DNA of 46,657 nucleotides from a virus: UHGV virus genome UHGV-0180138; one strand, 5' to 3'. Shown piece by piece: positions 43,201 to 46,657 of this stretch (position 1 is its first letter; each line of letters starts with the position of its first letter). The notes under the pieces were generated by a model. It saw only the letters and a program-made list of their open reading frames with translations, ran no database searches and was not told where the DNA came from. The position numbers and the translations under genes were made by a program.

Positions 43201-44809
43201 TGACTCAAACACCAAAGGTGAAATAGCCCGCGTAGACAAAGCGATAGCAACAGAAACACAGGCGAGAACAGAGGCTATAAACAACGTTAACGCCAGTGTC
43301 AGCAGACTGGAAAGCAAAACTGATGCGAGCGTTTCTCGTCTTGATAAAGCAATATCAGATGAAACACAGGCAAGAAGCGATGCAATAACAGAGGTTAAAG
43401 CTGATTTAACAACGCTTGAAAATAACACAAATGCCAATGTTAGCCGCCTTGATCAAGCTATCGCTGACGAATCAAGTGCGCGCGCTCAGGCAATATCAGG
43501 TATCAGTGCGGAGCTTGGTCTTGTTGAAAATGAGGTTGATAAAAACAGCGACGAAATAGATCAGGCGAAAGCAAGTCTGCAAAACGCCTCGATTGCACTT
43601 ATCAACAACTCAATAGCGCAAAGCAAGATGAGCACTGTTATTGAGGCGAAATACAGGAAAGGCCAGACAAAAACAAAAGCGGAAATAGCAAGGATCGACA
43701 CAGCAATAGCAGACGAAACACATGCCCGCGCGGAGGCTATAGCATCACTTGAAGCCAATATTAATGAAAATATTTCAGCAAAAATAACAGATATATCAAC
43801 GGCGCTCGCAACTCACGAGGCATCAAGTGCTGAAAAATTTGTTCAAATATCGGCATCTTTCGACGATGTAAACTCAAGCATCACAGAATGGTCGCAGGCC
43901 ATGACAACGGCTGACGAGGCATTATCAACCAAAATTGATCAGTTAACAGTGACCGTTAACGGGAACAAGACGGCAATAGAGACGACATCGAAAGCGTTAA
44001 CCGACTTCAAGGGTAATGTCGATGCGTCGTATTCAATCAAGCTGGCAACAGATAACAACGGCATGAAGTACGCTACAGGTATGTCGCTTGGCCTTACTGG
44101 TGACGGCACAAACTTTCAATCGCAGTGTATTTTCCTTGTTGACCGCTTCGTGCTAATGACTGACGCAAACGGCACATATACAACGCCTTTCTATGTCACC
44201 AATGGTGCAATGTATGTACGGGAAGCTTTTATTAAAGACGGTTCAATCGACAATGCAAAAATAGGCAATGTCATAACGTCCTACAACTGGAACGGCAACG
44301 ATCAAGGGTGGGCGATAGTTAAAGATGGATGGGCCACATTTAACAACGTTACAGTTCGAGGCACGGTATACGCCACTAACGGCGAGTTTTCAGGGGCCGT
44401 TAGAGCCAAATCATTTGAGGGTGGCATTAGTTCAGGTACGCAGGGAACAAGGCAATCCAGCGGGACGATCACAATTAACGTAACACCTAATACACCTAAT
44501 AGTATGCTATTGCTTTTCGTTTCTGTGTACACGGCTGGTGTGCGCACAGCAAGCGGCGAACATACAGTAACACTACATGCTGGTGGTCGTAGTTTTAACG
44601 TTCCTCCGTCTTATGTTGCAAGTGGTGGCGTAGCGTCAACTTACAGATTTGATTCAACCATAATCATCCCTGTGATCGGGACCAATAAGAGGGCTGTTTC
44701 GTTATACTTGAGCCATGTTGGGCATGTTAGCCTAATTAATACAGACATCAGGGTTCTTGGCGCAGTATTACTAAACTCTTCATTTTTAACAGGTACTTTT
44801 GATTTTTAA
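40274..44809 (+). CDS. tail tip / host-specificity protein J (lambda gpJ-like) with central coiled-coil repeat region
   Basis: 1511 aa; N-terminal 900 aa parallel lambda J (LRGLIVDVPDNYNPETRTYSGLW, CTSRGQAHRAGKWLI, HFTPGDIIEI); 42700-43900 encodes repetitive coiled-coil segment; divergent C-terminus. Confidence 0.9.
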   Translation: MSSGGGKAKTPTLLNDNLYHKQFYRVLDILSEGPIYGPVNQKAPLNDVMLNDTPVTDANGNTSIPGISIAWRNGTADQSPINGFNAIESTVIVNAKVTHDTPIIRTVSDPNVTRVRLNLGVDALVQSDNKGNQYNTSVMLMVDVKPSSSSTWSLVKDIHIGPGKQSGEYLEAHIIKAPDEKPFDIRVRRVTPDSNSDLLQNDTRWSSYSEIIDDNLSYPHTAVAGAVIDHDQYTDTPTRTYHLRGLIVDVPDNYNPETRTYSGLWLGGFKKAYTNNPAWLFRYLVKNERFGLARHAGYIDVDDGALYVLSQYCDQLVDDGYGGLEPRMTLNAYITEQMSARDLLDNIAGMFRGIALWDGQRLTVMIDAPQDPIATITNANVVDGAFTRSSIARAECYNAVIVSWTDPENGWEQSKEYVADDELIARDGYNETTLEAFGCTSRGQAHRAGKWLIETAKREPSKFTFKMARDAIHFTPGDIIEILDNNRAGARLGGRIVANNGKVITVDKVDSEYIAAGDTISLLDGDGKFKKHQITGVNGNKITLAAAPAWIRNGTVFAVSTESAKPVLCRIISVAETENNSVYTIEAAQHDPKKQAVVDEGAIFEINNDTLNHFRVPSIENLKVVNIGSETVQCRATWETQTTTHRMTFEIRIYNTDGAVVKSYETTKYSYDFYGIDAGAYSLGVRGRNDTGMKGAESIVDLVIGAPASPIGVNWVPGVFQATVYPISKTTLTTDTAYEFYYAGKNQITDPAKITTSAQFTGRGYQWTFGGMNTGHTYYVYVRTRNAFGVSDFVEASGKPTENFDEISDYVTKDVMNSEQFKELVSDIKDLGDRTDIIESATADLKTATADLKTATDGLKTDTDTLKKDTEDLYKKVEENADGIGKHEVRIDSLEVSNENVNNELAQTKASLQNASLALINNSLAQTNTRVTLTAQYKKGRNETKAQIDRIDNVIADEKKSTAESLETITAEISAIDSNTKGEIARVDKAIATETQARTEAINNVNASVSRLESKTDASVSRLDKAISDETQARSDAITEVKADLTTLENNTNANVSRLDQAIADESSARAQAISGISAELGLVENEVDKNSDEIDQAKASLQNASIALINNSIAQSKMSTVIEAKYRKGQTKTKAEIARIDTAIADETHARAEAIASLEANINENISAKITDISTALATHEASSAEKFVQISASFDDVNSSITEWSQAMTTADEALSTKIDQLTVTVNGNKTAIETTSKALTDFKGNVDASYSIKLATDNNGMKYATGMSLGLTGDGTNFQSQCIFLVDRFVLMTDANGTYTTPFYVTNGAMYVREAFIKDGSIDNAKIGNVITSYNWNGNDQGWAIVKDGWATFNNVTVRGTVYATNGEFSGAVRAKSFEGGISSGTQGTRQSSGTITINVTPNTPNSMLLLFVSVYTAGVRTASGEHTVTLHAGGRSFNVPPSYVASGGVASTYRFDSTIIIPVIGTNKRAVSLYLSHVGHVSLINTDIRVLGAVLLNSSFLTGTFDF
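42793..42897 (+). repeat. tandem 21-bp (heptad-coding) repeats inside J
   Basis: GCAACCGCCGACCTTAAAACA repeated twice exactly then degenerate copies; encodes TADLKTA heptads. Confidence 0.7.
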
Positions 44810-44814
44810 TACCA

Positions 44815-44836
44815 ACCCCGCTACAGCGGGGTTTAT
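44815..44836 (+). terminator. rho-independent terminator after J
   Basis: ACCCCGC-taca-GCGGGGT followed by TTATACAT. Confidence 0.55.
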
Positions 44837-44917
44837 ACATATAGTAAACACATATTCGTCTGCGTAATGATAAAACGTTAAAATAGTATGGTTAATTAAC
44901 ATAATGGAGTCATTGCG

Positions 44918-46657
44918 ATGATTTACACAACAGGCACGATAGCCGTTAGCGGAAAAACAGTTACCGGGACAGGGACTGAATTCAACGCCGCATTATCTCT
45001 GATCAGGGTTGGTTGCACTCTTATTGCCATTAGCGATCCGGTGCAGATTTTTTCAATTACAGAGGTAAAAAGCGCAACAAGTTTATCAGTAACCCCCTCG
45101 GCAAGTCCTGCTATTCCTGCTGGCACTAAATTTAGCATCCTGCTTTCAGACTCGATCTCTGTAGATGGTCTTGCTCAGGATGTCGCCGAAACACTGCGTT
45201 ACTATCAGGGCAAAGAATCAGAAATAGCTGACGCCGTTGAATTTTTTAGCGACAACAAAGATGTGATTTCAGCCTCAAAATTAGCATCAACATCGGCCAC
45301 CACTGCAACAAACGCGGCAAAAACAGCAACAAGCGCCGCAGATTCAGCTAAGACATACAGAGATGAGGCCCACGAATACGCCAATCAGACCGCGCAGCCT
45401 TACGCGTATGTTTTGCAGCCGCTGCCGGACGTATGGATACCGTTCAACGATTCTCTCGATATGATCACGGGCTACGGCCCTGGCACTAAAAAAGTAACCA
45501 TTGACGGGGAAGAAAAAACAATATCATCAGATAAGGTTGTTTCTTTCTCACGCGCAAGTACAGCTACTTACATTAACAAATCAGGTGTTTTAACTGTGGC
45601 TGGTATTAATGAGCCACGTTTTGAACGTGAGGGTTTGCTTATTGAGGGGCAGAGAACTAATTATCTGTTAAACTCAAATAATCCGCAGTCGTGGCCTATA
45701 CACTCATCACTAAATAAAGAGTTTGGTAGCGACAACTTTAACTTCAACTACGCAACAGTATCGCCGACTAATGATATTATAGGGACAACAGGAGGCTACG
45801 CTATAATCAATGTTGCCACCAGAGATAGGTTTAATCTACTTAGCGGTGAAAGTTTTACTTTTTCTTGTCGTGCCAAAGGTAGCAAGTGCAGACTCCGTGC
45901 GAGAGTGGCTTATGCTGGGGATGGTGGTGCTGACGTTTTTTCATCAGACGCATATCTAGACTTTGATTCAGTAACGGCTTCAGTAAGCGGTCAAGTCAAT
46001 CTTATTAAAGCAAAACTCGAGCGGCGCGGAGAATGGCTTTATTTTGAAGTAACATACACGGCAGACGCTGATCGCAACGGCATAAACTGCGCTTTCTTTT
46101 TTGCTAACAAGATTAGCGAAGAGCCATTTTATGAAGATTCAACGATTACGCTAGCTACACCACAAATTGAGCTTGGATCATGCGCATCATCGTTTATTAT
46201 TTCTAATGGTACGCCAACAACAAGAGCAAGTGATGTCGTAACAGTTACATCACAAAACAACCTTGCCGTTAGACCGTTTACTATTCTTTGCGAGGTTAGC
46301 AAAAGCTGGAACACGCCGCCAAATGTAGCACCACGTATATTTGATGTTGGTGGTCACATAATTGATGATAATTATTTGTCACTTGGATTTGTTTCAACAG
46401 GAAAACTTTCTGCAAATGTTGGAATGATTCAACCGCAAATTGACGTTGATGGTAATAGGTTTATTGCTGGCTTGAGAGCTAAATCAGATTTATCAGTTAA
46501 TGCTATATTAAATGGAAACTATACGACTAATACTAACGGGAAAGTATTTGGCATTACTGCAAATTTATACCGTTTTGGTGGTCAAACTTCGTCTGGTACT
46601 CGTCACCTGTTTGGTCACATTAGAAATTTTAGGGTTTGGTTTAAGGAGCTAACAGAT
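44918..46657 (+). CDS. side tail fibre protein (truncated by right window edge)
   Basis: ATG 44918 after SD GGAG; open to window end; Ala/Ser/Thr-rich N-terminal region then QPYAYVLQPLPDVWIPFNDSLDMITG block typical of enterobacterial phage tail-fibre proteins; not in ORF track because open-ended. Confidence 0.7.
   Translation, partial: MIYTTGTIAVSGKTVTGTGTEFNAALSLIRVGCTLIAISDPVQIFSITEVKSATSLSVTPSASPAIPAGTKFSILLSDSISVDGLAQDVAETLRYYQGKESEIADAVEFFSDNKDVISASKLASTSATTATNAAKTATSAADSAKTYRDEAHEYANQTAQPYAYVLQPLPDVWIPFNDSLDMITGYGPGTKKVTIDGEEKTISSDKVVSFSRASTATYINKSGVLTVAGINEPRFEREGLLIEGQRTNYLLNSNNPQSWPIHSSLNKEFGSDNFNFNYATVSPTNDIIGTTGGYAIINVATRDRFNLLSGESFTFSCRAKGSKCRLRARVAYAGDGGADVFSSDAYLDFDSVTASVSGQVNLIKAKLERRGEWLYFEVTYTADADRNGINCAFFFANKISEEPFYEDSTITLATPQIELGSCASSFIISNGTPTTRASDVVTVTSQNNLAVRPFTILCEVSKSWNTPPNVAPRIFDVGGHIIDDNYLSLGFVSTGKLSANVGMIQPQIDVDGNRFIAGLRAKSDLSVNAILNGNYTTNTNGKVFGITANLYRFGGQTSSGTRHLFGHIRNFRVWFKELTD

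Noticed and set aside
42700-43758. Minus-strand ORFs and possible CRISPR-like repeats inside J
   Set aside because: The repeats are in-frame heptad-coding units of a coiled-coil region with no spacer-repeat architecture; minus ORFs are antisense artefacts.
1-46657. Integrase, excisionase and attachment sites
   Set aside because: Looked for tyrosine/serine recombinase-sized ORFs and flanking direct repeats; none present, so the integration module is presumably outside the window.

Overview
The window reads as most of a temperate, lambdoid-type siphovirus or prophage from an enterobacterial host; both edges cut through genes and no integrase or attachment site is present. All calls are from reading the sequence and ORF track by eye; no searches were run, so family assignments are motif-level inferences. 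Layout: a leftward replication operon (1-688, iteron-like repeats), a CI/LexA-like repressor (995-1642), then one long rightward gene train. That train has a strong early promoter with a nut-like leader and an Arg-rich N-like gene, Erf and SSB, a DNA-modification cluster (Dam-like, short C5-MTase-like, HNH), NinG and RusA, a Q-like protein, about 6 kb of small genes with tandem paralog families, a pinholin / SAR-endolysin / Rz-Rz1 lysis cassette, TerS-HNH-TerL, portal, head genes and a lambda-like tail module (tape measure, M, L, K, I, J, side fibre). Three leftward accessory cassettes interrupt the tail module. The most unusual feature is a tandem array of ten tightly packed 22-31 codon ORFs (20531-21325), each encoding a single hydrophobic helix and most with a ribosome-binding site. 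Next are a conserved motif GTTTACAAAATGGC recurring at the 5-prime ends of transcription units in their orientation, a 31-bp element shared upstream of the portal and tail-M genes, and a RelE/YoeB-like toxin candidate inside a tail-module cassette.
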